Positions 1-12,720 are shown, counted from the whole stretch's first letter. The stretch: 56,068 nucleotides of DNA, filler included, from Sphacelaria rigidula (GCA_964200075.2; 4 parts of 4 records of this genome joined end to end with filler, not necessarily neighbours in it), one strand, 5' to 3'. Translations and numbers: made by a program. Notes: generated by a model from the letters alone, not told the origin.

Positions 1-2619
1 ATCATCTTGCATTTGTATGACAGCCAACGATGAGTTGCTTCATTCTGTGGTATCGCCACTTCCAGAGACAGCCACAGCTTTTAGACTGCCTCATGGGTGT
101 CTAACCAGCAGGGGACGGGAGGGGGGTGGGAGGGGGTTGCGTTGTTTTTGGCACATGACTGACTGAACAGCACGAGCAAATGACAACGAGTAAAGTGAGC
201 CGTCGGTGGTACTGGCTCCTTCGATGTTGCGCGTGCGGTCAACGGCTTCCTACGAAATGATCGGTGGGGGTTCGGACATGCTCGTACGGCCGACTGCGGG
301 TTCGAACTCATGTGTCTAAACGCAGACGGGACTGGTCACGAGTCATGGGTGGCCAGGGCACGTGCTAGAGAATACCCATAGCGGCGCAAGAGTTGACGAA
401 AGCGGGTAACGTACGCTCGCACGATATGAACAGATTGTTGACGGAAATGACCGGCCCCATCACGATGGAAAGATGAAGATTATCAGAAGCTAGTTTACAA
501 TACTGTGTGAGCCTCGCATTTTTTTACTTTTGGCGGCGTTCTTTTTCGCGTGAAGTTTTGCGCATCATTCCACATATTAACGGTACCCCCAGGAGGAAGA
601 CCAACACGATGTCGTCGCTCAAATCACCCAGCGATCTCTTCTTTCGGAAGTATACAGAACAGTACCCCTATCCGCCCCGTGGCGTGAAATTCGTCAAGTA
701 TGGATCGGACCGAGGAGCCCTACCAGCTGTGGGTCTTGACCACCCCCCCCATTCCCCCCTTGGAGGCCCTCGAGAAAGAGGAAAACCCCAAAATGGATTA
801 CAGCAATCCTGTTCAACCCGATCGGGCGATGCCCTCGACACCCCAGGATCGCCTGTGCGCAACCAGCTTATATCCGAGGATTTTTTCCCCCTTGTTCTCT
901 CTGAGGCCGACGGCCGTGGTTTTTTCACCGCTTCATGATGACTTTCCAGTCTGTCGGTAGTTAAAAAAAGCACATCGTATCCTGCGACAAGACCAGGCTA
1001 TAATTGTTGATCACCACCTGTTCCGATACACCCCCGTACGCACCAGAAATAGATATTGCCTGAAAGTACGATGGATACTCTTCGATGCACTACCACCACT
1101 TCTGCGCTGTACAATACTGTACTGTACTATCTGTAATATTCAGTCGGTACATTGCAGTACAACACGAATGCGCACTGGGGTTCCCACCGTAGTGTAGGGC
1201 GATGGGTGGCTATCTTCGTATGACCGCATTAATACGGGACCCCGCAGTGTGTTCGAACCCCCCCCCCCCCCCCCCCCCCCCTCTTTCTCCCCTTCCGCAC
1301 CCCTCCCCCCCCCCTCCTCCCTCCCCNNNNNNNNNNGACCCCGCAGTGTGTTCGAACCCCCCCCCCTCCCGCACTGTATTGTTGCTACTGTGCAGTACTT
1401 GCTATCGCCATTATCTGTGGCACCAAGGGGGAACCCGACCTCGAAATGAGGGTGGACCGGCTCTCTCCCGTCCCCCCCTCCGGCCTCGCCCACAAAAAGG
1501 TTTCTCCCAAATAGAGGAAGTGGGTTACGACCTGTAATTGGTAAGCCCCCTTAAGCGGACGGTGTACATACCGTATGTAGTGTATCTGGTTTGCAATACA
1601 GGAGGCTCCATTTTGCGGCGATTTCGAACTAGGGCTTGTAGAGGGTACTGCAAGTTGTTGAAACCGGTTTGGGTACCCAACTCGTGCGCGGACCCGAGTT
1701 TTACAACCTCTTGGGTGTTCCCCTCAAGATTTTTGCGATATATAATTATGAAAGAATATTTTCCGATTTGAAGCTCCCCGCTCTTTTTGCTTTACCCCTG
1801 ACCAACTATGGGGTCATGACCGAACAGGTAACGTACATGCTTGTATCTCTGGCAGGGAACAATCCTGCTTCGGCACATTTTTTTCATGTCTGTTCTCTGG
1901 AACTCAGGTATGCAACATTCCGTAAGTAGAGAGAGAAATGACCAATTCTACACAAAATCACTTGATACCCAATTATCTCAGCTCCCGAAAATTCCACTCT
2001 CTGGACAAGATATAGTCAACGGTTGCAAACGGCCTACACATTACGCAGTACAACTTCTCTCTTGCGACCGGTGACCATATCTTGTCCAGGGTGTGAAAAA
2101 GTCGAAGGCACGGATGTTCGTGGCTTGGGTACAGATATGTGTGAACATTACCAGGCCACATCTCCAACGCTGGGTGGGGGGAAAGCTTGGATCATGATTT
2201 GTTTCTCCCTCGTGACTAGCCAGATACATGTACACATGCCCATATGTTTAACATTTTCCCCTGGTCACACTCTTGCCCTTCCTGGGGGAACGAGTCCGAA
2301 GGCTTGCGAGATCAACCCCATCGCTTTCCCTGTACCCCGCCTTATAGTTTTTTATATCGCGAGTTGAGTCAGTCAGCGCTATCGCACTGCGTCGACTATC
2401 GTCCAATTTCCCTCTGCCACTTTTATGGTGTCGTCACGTTTTCAACGGGAAAGCCATATTCTGCTCAAGCATGACCGTCCATCTCACGGGGTTCGAAACG
2501 GCGACCTTTTTATCAGCCCTCGCTCGCCGCTGGTGCACTGTAATGGTTGAAGCACCGAGATGCAGCGGCATGATCTCACACAAGCTCACAGCACACACAC
2601 ACACTACCCCCCCGCACTT

Positions 2620-3215
2620 GCGAGGCAAGAGGTGTAGCGGTAGTCGGGTCGAGGAGGGAGTAGATGCACAGAATTGCCCTGGTGGCGAAGCAACAGAGGA
2701 GGGTGGAACTCATACAGTGGAAGGAACGGAACGTGTTAGAGGAGGAGATGGGGAAGCTGAAGGAATGGGACGTGAAATCGTTTGGTGCACTAGATGGTAG
2801 CGAGAAAACGATCGTTCTACTAGGAGATAAATAGTAGCCACAGACGACGAAACAGGACGGGGACACGAGATGTAAGATTTCTGTGTGATGTATGGCAAAA
2901 CACCTAGTGAGCGCCCAAATGTTGAAGGTGGACTGAGAGAGAGGATAGAGATGAGAACATATCTGCACGGCCCGATGGACTATGCGAAGAAGTTGAAACT
3001 GCAATCTCGGGAGGAGGAGGAGGAGGAAGACGTGGACAAAATTGCCCCCGTGATGAAGCAATAGAGAGTAGACCTTACATAGTAGCAGACTGTGACCTAT
3101 GCAAGGAGAAGCGGGGAGTGTTAGACGGGGAAATGTTGGAAGTAAACGAAGGTGGCATGAAAATCGTTCGTTACATCTGACGATACCGAGAAACCGATGG
3201 CTATACTAGGAGATG
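2620..3215 (+). mobile_element. Two decayed fragments of a non-LTR retrotransposon (LINE) ORF2 C-terminus
   Basis: Segments ~2620-2930 and ~2935-3215 resemble each other. They translate to DAQNCPGGEATEEGGTHTVEG (decayed zinc-knuckle-like), MRTYLHGPMDYAKKLKL and PQTTKQDG...ERPNVEG. The continuation PQAPKQEGGKICKTFLCHLREKCIERPNVGG lies at ~5676-5880. Confidence 0.5.
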
Positions 3216-3220
3216 AATGA

Positions 3221-3460
3221 CCGGTCGCCCCGGTGGCTCAGTTGGTAACCCTGATTCTTCTGACGGTTGGGTCGTGGGTTCGAATCTCCGTGAAGTCACA
3301 CGGTCTGGGATTTTTTTTCACACCATGCCCTATAGTGGAGAGCGATTATGTCGTGGGTATACAAAACTTGACTTCACGGTCGATGAGGGAGAAGGACTGC
3401 TGGACCCCTCTCGCGATAAAGAATAAGGCAAGTACCACAGAAAGATGGAGAAATAAGAGA
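3221..3460 (+). mobile_element. tRNA-derived SINE (family S1), 5' part
   Basis: Head CCGGTCGCCCCGGTGGCTCAGTTGG (A box) ... GGTTCGAATC (B box). The body matches the minus-strand copies at 6828-7183 and 27334-27690. Confidence 0.8.
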
Positions 3461-5675
3461 AGTGATCCCGACTGGATCGCTACATACAACGATGGTTTCG
3501 TGAGCTGGAGAGTTGAGGATACAGTTTCGATTGAAAAGCGGTCAGTTAGTGAATGAATCGTTTCAGTTTCGAAAGGCCCCTACACGAGGCCCGATATGCT
3601 TTCCGTAGTAATTTGCTACTGAGGCCCTTGATACCCTCAAGTAGGATATGGTTGTGTAGCTGTAAACACACGCCAGTTATAGAGGCAAAGGAAACCACAC
3701 GGAATAAAAAAATGCTCAAGTATAAGCAAATGATCATCTCAATCAGCGCTCTACTCTCAATCTCACGAGAACACCGCTCCAATTTCACAAAGTGATATTG
3801 GTTTCTGCTGCGGGTAAAAATTCGACTAGCCGGTTTTTTGCGACATGATTTCTGCGACATGATTCCTGCGACTCCATTTTCGCGACATTTTCCCACTTTA
3901 AAACCCGTATTGAGTTCGTTTTTTTGGGAGTAACTTTATCAAACAGAAACCAAACGCATCCTGCTCCAAGGGGCACCTGGGCACACAGCAGTTGCTGCTG
4001 CCTACCTAGGGTCATCCTCCAAATCCAGGTCTTGCGTGAGAACGCCCAGCGTATGGTGCCCATGTACAAGTATAATCTACATCTAGTATCATGCTCCAAA
4101 ACGTACCCGACAAGAGGGCAACATCCCCGTACAGACAGCAGCGATGCTGGCGGATCCTGCGTCCTGAACGTCTGGCAGCCGGCAAGGTGGTTATGGTAGT
4201 GTCCTTCTAGCGATACCAACTTACAGTGCACTGGAGCGGAGTTTGCAGGTGAATATTTCGACGATTGCCTTACCTGCAGTTCGCCCAAATCTTGCGTTTT
4301 TTTTTCACGATAGCACTGAGTAACATTACATACATTTGCATGTGGAAATGTACCAGACCCTCTGTTACATTATTACCGGAGATGTACCGGACCCTGCATT
4401 ATATGTGGAAATGTACCCAACCGTGGATAAAAGATTCCTACAGTCAGTACGAAAACGATGTTGAAAGTGTACTGCGCAAAATCAGTGTGTTGTGTGTGTT
4501 GTCGTCCCATCTATTCTGGACGCCGGTCTCCACCTCTCGGTATGTGTGGGCGCACCAGCCGCGGCTGTGTTACCATACAGCTTCGCCCAAGATACAGGCA
4601 GCCATTACAGCGGCGCAGGCTGCCTTTCACTCCTNNNNNNNNNNACGCACGCTGTAGCTGCAACACGGACAACTTTAGAGAATGTGACGCAGCGATATAG
4701 CGCGTAGCGATGGGTGATATCCTGCGTACACGTTGGCCGCAGATACAAGCGGCTGCATTCATGATGTGGCGAACTGCATAGGACAACGCGAAATCAATGC
4801 AGGATATGGATATGCTAAGGATGTGACGTCCTACGGTGTGCTTTGTCACCCTGCACCCTGCCGCTGTGCAGTAAGCAGGTAAAACCGCCGAATGCGTCAC
4901 GCTGCGGTTGGTACGCAGTGTCGAACACAGCAACTATCAGTATATTTGGTGTACAGTAGTATCATACTTGTACATAGATCTGTGCTCTGAAGACCGATGC
5001 GCACACAACACAGCAACTACTATCGCCATTATCCATCGATCAGGGGGTACCCCCCCTCCTCAAATAGGGTCTCCCCCTTCCCCCCTTCGTCCCTACGGCC
5101 CCAGAATGAGGTTTGGGCGACCTGGGGGATGATGATGCCATCGTTTTCCGATATGGGGCCCCTTGGCCCAGCGTGCAGCTGCTTGACGCTTGACACTGTG
5201 TCCTGTCTGCCCGAGGAAAAGCAGTTTGCAACTTAGAGTCCATGGCATACCGGGAAGCAAGTCGTGTACGTGTACTTGAAAACAGTAATACTAGTGACTG
5301 GGGCTGGTGCGGGACGACCTCGCGGGAATTTGCCGGGAAACGGCTCGCGTCTCAGCGCCAGCTTGCTGCGGGCCCTTGCGAATGTAGGGCGACGGCGATA
5401 ACACGAACACGATTTATGCTTCAATACAACGTTACGCTTCTGTGCAACGACACATCACCATACCCCGGGTGCGTGCGGCAGACCTTCATTTTAGAGTAGA
5501 AAGGCCCAGCCGAGACCACGACGGTTTCACCGCCGCAATCCGAGACCGCAACGCCACAAACACCGCAATAAATTGAATTTGGAAGTGCCCTGGACACAGG
5601 GCAATCTATTGTATACCGGAAGGTGTAGACTAGTGTCCAGACTAGATGAGATGACAACACACAGCACAACAACCC

Positions 5676-5885
5676 AGATGGTGCCACAGGCACCGAAACA
5701 GGAAGGGGGTAAAATATGTAAAACATTCTTGTGTCATTTACGGGAAAAATGTATTGAGCGCCCTAATGTTGGAGGTGACTGAAGTAGGAATACGATTGGT
5801 GCTCCGTCTCGCAAGGGATGCGTGGTCAATGGTCAAACGACTAGGGTAAGCAACAAATGAGTACCCCCCCACCCCTCCCCCAACC
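5676..5885 (+). mobile_element. LINE 3' end fragment (continuation of the 2935-3215 fragment)
   Basis: Resumes the sequence broken at ~3215 (ctaggagat...agatggtgccacag) and is homologous to 2835-2930. Ends GGATGCGTGGTCAATGG...ATGAGTACCCCCCC. Confidence 0.5.
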
Positions 5886-5972
5886 TCTCACTTTGCTCCA
5901 TTCGCCTGTTGGCCCCACGATTTTTTCCACTGAACAATGACCGTGGCTTGTTTTTTTTTTCCTCATCGACAG

Positions 5973-6125
5973 GTGTTATGTCCCTTGGTAAACGTGCCAA
6001 TGATCGACTACACGCTGGAGTTTCTGGCGCGCAATGACGTGAAAGAGGTCTTCGTGTTCTGTGTTAGCCACGCGAAGCAGCTGGAAGACTATCTGCAGTC
6101 TTCAGATTGGCAAGAGCAAATGGAG
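5973..6125 (+). CDS. EIF2B5: Translation initiation factor eIF2B subunit epsilon, internal exon (partial gene)
   Basis: AG|exon|GT, 51 codons, phase 0: VLCPLVNVPMIDYTLEFLARNDVKEVFVFCVSHAKQLEDYLQSSDWQEQME. This matches the nucleotidyltransferase-like N-terminal domain of eIF2B-epsilon/GCD6. Confidence 0.92.
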
Positions 6126-6360
6126 GTGCGACGAGAGTGCGTTCAGTTTTTTGAAAAGAGAAAAAGTTGCGGTTCAAGCATCCCACCCTTAACGACCACG
6201 TCCAGCCACACTCGCCATGATATAAGAAACACTCACTGACAATCGTACCTTTTGGATATAGCCGAAAATTATTTGGTTTTATTTTTCTGTCACTGTCTCC
6301 CCATTTGGGCGTAATATCCTCCAAACAAACACCCGAAGAGACAACCGCTCTGGCAGAGTA

Positions 6361-6718
6361 CAGTGCCGGGCCCGCCCATGAGAAATGTCTTCGTAAAAAA
6401 GCCTCAGGTTTTCGAAAAACCGATAAATTTGCTGTAAAAAATTAAGCTCAAAAGATGGGAGATGACTGGCAATGGAGCGGCAGGAAATCGATCAATATTA
6501 TTGTGCAACGAAAGATCCTACGTTTGGAGAATAACTGACGGGAAGAAGCATTGAGAAATTGCTGGGCTGGGAATAAGAAATGATCAGAATAAGAAATGGA
6601 TGCAATTTTATTGACCAGATATGAAAAATGGTGGGACAACAAGTAACGCTACATCGGCTGCCAAAGTAAAATTTGAGCCTGCTCACAATCGCTAGTTCTT
6701 GTGAGCGGGCCGGTAATG
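6361..6718. mobile_element. Tc1/mariner(pogo)-type MITE, degenerate
   Basis: Imperfect TIRs: left TA|CAGTGCCGGGCCCGCCCATGAGAA versus right TTCTTGTGAGCGGGCCGGTAATG|CA. Confidence 0.45.
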
Positions 6719-6827
6719 CACTTGCAAGTATTGATTATTTTTACTCCAGTACTTGCCACCAACTTGATGTTTCGTGATTTTCTTGATTGCCGTATACATC
6801 TCCAGTGCGTGCCACCCCCCCCCAACG

Positions 6828-7183
6828 TATGTGTGTGCGTTGTCATCCCATCTATTCTGGACGCCAGCCAACACCTCTCTGTTTGTGTGGACGCATCAGC
6901 CGGGGTTACACATAAGGAAGGTTAACACGCATTTTTTTTTGTAATCATACCTTCCTTCTGAGGTGCTTGCCTTCATTTTTATCTCGAGAAGGGTCCAGCG
7001 GTCCTTTTCCTTCGTCGACCATGGAGTTGAACTTTATGTGCCCACGACATGATCGCTCTCGACTATTGGGCATGAAAATTCAAGCGAAAATCCTAGATCG
7101 TGCGACTTCACCGAGATTCGAACCCACACCTCCCGACCGTCAGAGGGCTGCAAGGTTACCAACTGAGCCACCGGGGCGAGCGG
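6828..7183 (-). mobile_element. tRNA-derived SINE (family S1), near full length
   Basis: Reverse complement of the 3221 head (gagattcgaaccc...ccaactgagccaccggggcga) plus body and a (CA)n tail. Confidence 0.8.
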
Positions 7184-8828
7184 CTACATATATATATATA
7201 TATGTATATTATTCCTTTTCATTATTAGCGTAATGTCGCTCCGCTATATACTGCAATCAAATCGATCGCGTCCGGTTTTTCCGTACCATATCCAAGTCAC
7301 CAATGATCCTTTTCGAAACAATTTTCTTACAGACGCTCTTCTCGTGTCCAACACCCCCTTCCCATCCGCGCTCTTCCTTTCACATCCTTTCACATACGAA
7401 GATATATCGAACCACCTACCCAAATATTTAGCACCACCTTCTCATCGCCACGCGGTAAAACACCCAACTCCACGACTCTATTCTAGGGTTCTCTTTTGGG
7501 GAGGGGGGCAACAGGGGGTAGAGCAGGAAAAACAAACCCTTCCCATAATAGGACCACTTCGTTACTCTTGTACCCAAGCTCTTCATGTGTGATGACTTGT
7601 CAGAGAAACGCACTGCTACACTGCACATGCGAGACCGCAGGCTATTTATGACCTGCGCAAGAATGATGGTCATTTGTAGAGCCTAACACGGTACAACACA
7701 CAGTACGACATCCACACCCACGATTCTCTCCAAGGGGAAAACAGAAATAACAACCCCCCCTTTCACCTGGGGGTAACGCAAACCCGTGCTATGAAAACAA
7801 CCGTCATATACCCGTCCCTTACAGTACAGTCATGCAGTGTTCATGTTTACTGTTCCATCTGAGCGATATACGAACAGAAACATCAGGTCGTTTGCCGCAA
7901 TTTCTCCACACATTACCCCTGAGGGGGAGAATTGTTTAGGTAAACATGTGGCTCGCGGGAGCACCGGATGCACGAAATACAGGGCACCCCAAAATGCCTC
8001 AGCGGGAAAAACTTGTTAGAAAGATCATGTATATGTCCATTGGTGAGGCATGTTTGCTTTGAATGTCTCTGCGTGCTTACTCGGATTGGGTACTCAGGGG
8101 TCAGTCATGTCTTTCAGTCACGCGCGTCGAGATTTAGATATTGTAGCACTCCAGTACGACAGCACGTCCAAGTACAATCGCTGTTGCACTACAGTACGAC
8201 AGTAGTTATACATACCGTCAAAGTTATGGCTCATCCTCGCCTTCATGTCCAGCTTTCAACAATACGGCACAGGGACGGAGAAACGGTTTATTCCGACGGG
8301 TTTATTGTAACAGAAATTTCCCGACGCCACCTGCGCCCTCCATTTCCGAGCTTTCACTTCACACCGTCCCAGATACGAATCGTATCAAAATTGAAAAATA
8401 CCTACCGTATCCAACCCACATTTTCACGCTATATCCGCGACAGACCACTGCACAGCTATGCTGCATTGTACCTCGATACCGCCATGTCCGCCGCGCCATC
8501 GGTATAGCACTCATCCTCTCTTTGAAAGAGAATGAAGCATGTATCACCCGCGGGGCGAGTTCTCTGTTGTTTCGGCATGGTTTTCACTTTAACAATGGGT
8601 ACAAGACCCAGGTAAACCACTCTGGTGGTCGAAAGGATGAATTTTAGAGCTGGTGGTAGAAAGGGGGTCACGTTGTCCGGAGGTTTGATGGAATCTGATC
8701 CTTTAGTGATACCCATGGACAAAAGGGAAGGAACGCAGCGCGGGAGGGGGGAAGAGAAGAAGACACTGCATGCACTGTATTGTACAGCTTTGTACCGTCC
8801 TGTCTGTACGACATCGCCCATTTTGCTG

Positions 8829-9275
8829 AAAACGCGGGATTTTACAAATTGGGGATGGATTTTTTATTAGGAATGAGGACCCGGAGAAAAAAAATCGTCG
8901 TATCCACACAAATTTTTCGAAACATGGTTCCATTTCTTCACTTGCTGGTAGCTGTTGACAACTACTGCACGCCATAATAATTTCGATTTCGATAACCGAA
9001 ATGTTGGGGTCCTAGATGAAAAACCAATATTTGGATCCGACCGGATCACGGAAATTCCCCCCCCCCCCCCCAAAAGAATGGTTTTTCACCCAGGACCCCA
9101 ACATTTCGGTTATCGAAATCTAAATTATTATGGCGTGTAGTAGTTGTCAACAGCTACCAGCAGGTGAAGAAATGGAACCGTATTTCGAAGATTTGATGTG
9201 GATATGACGATTTTGCTTCTCCGGGTCCTCACCCCCAATGAAAAAATTCATCCCCAATTTGTAAAACTTGTGTTT
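8829..9275. mobile_element. Foldback/MITE-like long inverted repeat
   Basis: Arms ~8829-9026 and ~9078-9275 are highly similar reverse complements (e.g. gctggtagctgttgacaactac / gtagttgtcaacagctaccagc) with a ~50-bp loop. Confidence 0.85.
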
Positions 9276-9326
9276 GAAGAGCGGCCACGGCGATCATGGT
9301 GGTACCGATGGACGCAGCACGATCAA

Positions 9327-9424
9327 CCCTTAGACCGTGGTGCGGGTAGTCCATCTGGATCACCCATATTTTCAAGTAAAATTGATGCCGATTCAGCAGG
9401 TGACCTACCCTCGCCGTCAAAGGG
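9327..9424. mobile_element. piggyBac-type mini-MITE
   Basis: TCAA|CCCTTAGACCG...GGGTAG versus CTACCCTCGCCGTCAAAGGG|TTAA: CCC/GGG ends and a TTAA-like target site. Confidence 0.5.
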
Positions 9425-11619
9425 TTAACGAACAGACGAGCATAATGCAGTCGCCATGACGTTGCCACTGTGGTACACGTCTGGCTCTGTACCTGGGGTT
9501 CTCTTTGCCGCTGGGCACAACAAACAAAGCGCGTGGCAGCTCTTCTCCTTCCATAATTCGTCGACGTGCACTAAACAAGGGAACAAGTAAGCGAGCAACT
9601 TTGAAATTTGAAACAATCAAAACAGATCACTTCTTTATTTTCGAGCTGGCGGTTGGAAGACACGCAAGCGAAAGGAAATCGGCGACGCGACGAGTAGTGA
9701 CAGATGAGGTCCTTTTTTATTGAAGGGGATTCTTCCGTTTTTCAAAACCCCCTTGTGAAAGGGGGTTGGCCCCGTAACGACCAGTTCTGAGTCCTATCTA
9801 GAAGCAATTTTGTAGAAATCGAACACCAGGTCTGCCGTACGTTAAAAAATGCGGCGGGTCTGGAACTGGTCGTTAGTTCGCGGTCTCTGTGATGCTACAG
9901 ACAAGACGCGCAAGGCAACACAACATTTACACACCCAGACCCGAAAAAGCACGCACAGACACCCACCACTCACGCATGTTAGTTTCGCCGCTAGCCCTCA
10001 CTATCCTACGCACGGCAGTCCCTTTTTGACGGAAATCCGTTCTGTATTGGACGAGTGGCGGCCGCGTGCGTGTCAAAAACAACCGAGAACGTGTCGTTGC
10101 TCACTGTTTGTAAGCGTGCGCGTGGGTCTCACACTAATCACCATTTCTTGATGAATTCTGAACAGATTCGAGCAGGGTCACGCACAACGTGCGCAGCTGA
10201 TGAGCAGCGATGACTCAAGCTGTGTGTTTTTGATTTCTGGGGACACCAAGTTACTCAGGTTCAGCTCTGATTATCTTGATTGTGTGGTGAGCGTTTCCAT
10301 GTGCCCCCGTCAACCGGACACGTATGTTCCCCTTCGAGGTGTCCGGGGATCCCCTCTGGAAGAGGAGATTTCAACAAGTGTTTTTGCACCGCCTGAAATC
10401 GCCCCAAAACGGGGGATTTCTGGGCACGTCTAAAGATATTTCTTGGGGAGGGTGGTATCGCAACGACCAATCAGCGATCGTTGTCAAGAAATTGGATTCT
10501 TTTATAAATGGGAAATTCCGTGAGAGAGCACAGCAGCATGTCACTGTACTTCTGTACTCTGCGTTGGTTGTGCTGGCTACGCACTGAAAGTGTGATGCAA
10601 ATCATCACTGTTGGGGTGCTCATGCGGCACTGACCAACCACAAGTGTTTTTGCCATAATCCTAGGTTTCGCAGACGTGGATGATGCACCCGGGTGCACAT
10701 ATAATTTTTTTGCTTCGCGGACTCAAGGGCAAAGTTCACCACTTGGTGAGGTGAAGTTCCCCCCCGACTTGGATTAAATTGTGGACACTGATATCTGAAA
10801 CTTTGATGGGGCTCCGCTCCTAGCTTGCGCAAAAGGTGCTTTTGTCTAAATGAGGCCTCGCAACGCACAATTTGCCCAGCAAACACTCCAACACTCGGCA
10901 CCGATTGACGGAGAGCAACAGAACCTGTTGCCAGAGTAGTGGAACCAGTGTCACAGGACATTTATTTGTACAGACCCGCCGGTCCAACCAACACCACTTT
11001 TGAATGCACCTGCACACAACAGAGCCGGCAGATAGCGCACGCCACGGCACGCACACCACCAATGCTACAGCTCACACGCACACATACGCAGACGAACCAC
11101 CGCTAGCGGCGAAAGTCAAGAGATCATGCAGCGGAAAGATCAAGCCCACCGCTCCTGCTCGGCAAACGCATACAAGAGAAATATTGACCCTAATATCCTC
11201 TCTGGAGAAAAAAACAAACAAACGACTTTTGATATTATTTTCACACCAACTACAAGGCCGGAGCGTGTTCGCTATTTTTTGCGGTGTGTGCTTCGAGCCC
11301 GAAAGCACCCACTGGATTATTAACCCTTTCCAGGGCACGCCCCTAACCCTTTCGAGAGCACGTCCCGCGCTCAGTGGAAAATCGGACAGTGGCCTGTTCC
11401 TTCTGCAGGTTTTGACGGTCGGCTTGAAAAGCACTTGGAAATAATGATCAACCCCGGAATGTCTCGGTAGTGTGGAAGTGCATGTGGCGTCTGAATAGGG
11501 AGAGCGTTCGTTACCTTAGCACACGATTTCTCCATGCCAAGGATGTAGTCTAAAATCAAGTGTATCCCAAGAAACGAAGGAAAAGGGGCGATGGTTAGTA
11601 AAATATCGCCGAACAGCCA

Positions 11620-11945
11620 GAAAACTTTTCGGAGGCCAGCAATTCCCCCGCGTTTAGCACCCCTACACACGCGGCCATTCGGCTACCCGTCAAAATGCCT
11701 CCGGAGGCAAAACAAGCCTCCGGGGGCCTTCAATCTCTGGAGGAAACCAAACACTACCGCCCTGGAGGGCCGCGCACCCCTCCGGATGAATTTACGAGCA
11801 GCAATATGCCTCCGGAAGGATCCGCGGCCCTCTGTAGGCAAAAAACAAGCCTCCGGAGGCGTTTAATCCCTCTAGAATAAACGAAAAAGGAAAACGCTGG
11901 AGGGCCGCGCACCCCTCCGGAGGCGTTAAATTCCTCCGGAGGCTC
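11620..11945. repeat. Cluster of palindromic CCTCCGGAGG motifs with a 25-bp direct repeat
   Basis: Perfect CCTCCGGAGG at 11698, 11850, 11914 and 11933, with variants at 11717, 11779 and 11809. CTGGAGGGCCGCGCACCCCTCCGGA occurs at 11762 and 11897. Confidence 0.85.
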
Positions 11946-12199
11946 GAAACGTTGACCGCCCTGGGAGAATTCTGGGGGTAGCTAAATTACCGCGTGTGTA
12001 ACGCTCATCATGTTAGCCGTGGGGCTGGAAGCCCTTATTTGCTCATACTTTCTACTTCTAATTAGGGTTAATGCCGTTTTCGCTCTTCGCAATTTTGTTC
12101 AAAACCACCACGCGTGCGGGAACCGTGGCGTTGGTACCTGCGCCGGTGCTGCCACTTGCGTCAGCCGTGGCTCACCACTAGTATCGTATTAATGAAACA

Positions 12200-12425
12200 G
12201 TCGTTTGTTGTTCTATTTGTTTCGGATTTTGTTTTTGTCCATTAACTCCGTTTTCTTTGTTTTACCTTGTTTTTCGCGTTTTTAATCTCCTCTGAGCGAG
12301 CGCTCCTGTCCTATTTACCTCGGTTGGGTACGTCTGTCTTGTGGATAATGACCATGGCTAGGTGAGTGTGTCCCGCGGAGATAAGTAAATGTGCGACAAT
12401 CGATCAATCCACCAACCAACCAATC
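12200..12425 (+). mobile_element. 5'-truncated RTE LINE 3' UTR with a CAAT/CAAC-repeat tail
   Basis: T-rich tract, then agcgag...ttgtggataatgacc...gtgcgacaatcgatcaatc. Homologous to 12955-13231 and 45020-45200(-). Confidence 0.65.
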
Positions 12426-12720
12426 GAACGAGAACAGCAGCCCTACACACACGCACGTCCGACTTCCCGCGGAAACTATCAACCAGCGATATGGTTTCGA
12501 AGACCGACTGGCCTATCGCGGCCAAGAAGCTATATCGTGAAACATACCGTAGTATGTTCCAACGTGGACCATTCTCCGATGCAAAAGGCTAAGCACGCAT
12601 TTCATTCCTGTGTACCTGTATTCTCGTCGCTATATACTGCAAAGCCCACGGTCCTCTTTCTGCCAACTTGTTCGACAATATGCGCATCTACTCTGTCCTC
12701 TCTGGGACCCCCGTTTTCAG

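Noticed and set aside
1238-1371. Tandem GACCCCGCAGTGTGTTCGAACCCC repeat and Pro/Gly-rich ORFs
   Set aside because: The two copies flank a 10-N gap and poly-C runs, so this is likely an assembly overlap. The ORFs are homopolymer artefacts.
3221-3300. tRNA gene (A and B boxes present; also at 7100-7183 and 27615-27690)
   Set aside because: There is no clean cloverleaf or acceptor stem, and each head is followed by the same ~280-bp body and CA tail, so these are SINE heads.
10470-11440. Overlapping 75-146-aa ORFs as transposase remnants
   Set aside because: No motif could be recognised in any frame, and the region is intronic to eIF2B-epsilon.
11620-11945. CRISPR-like array
   Set aside because: The repeats are ~10 bp, spacing is irregular, the spacers resemble each other, there are no cas genes and the context is a eukaryotic intron.
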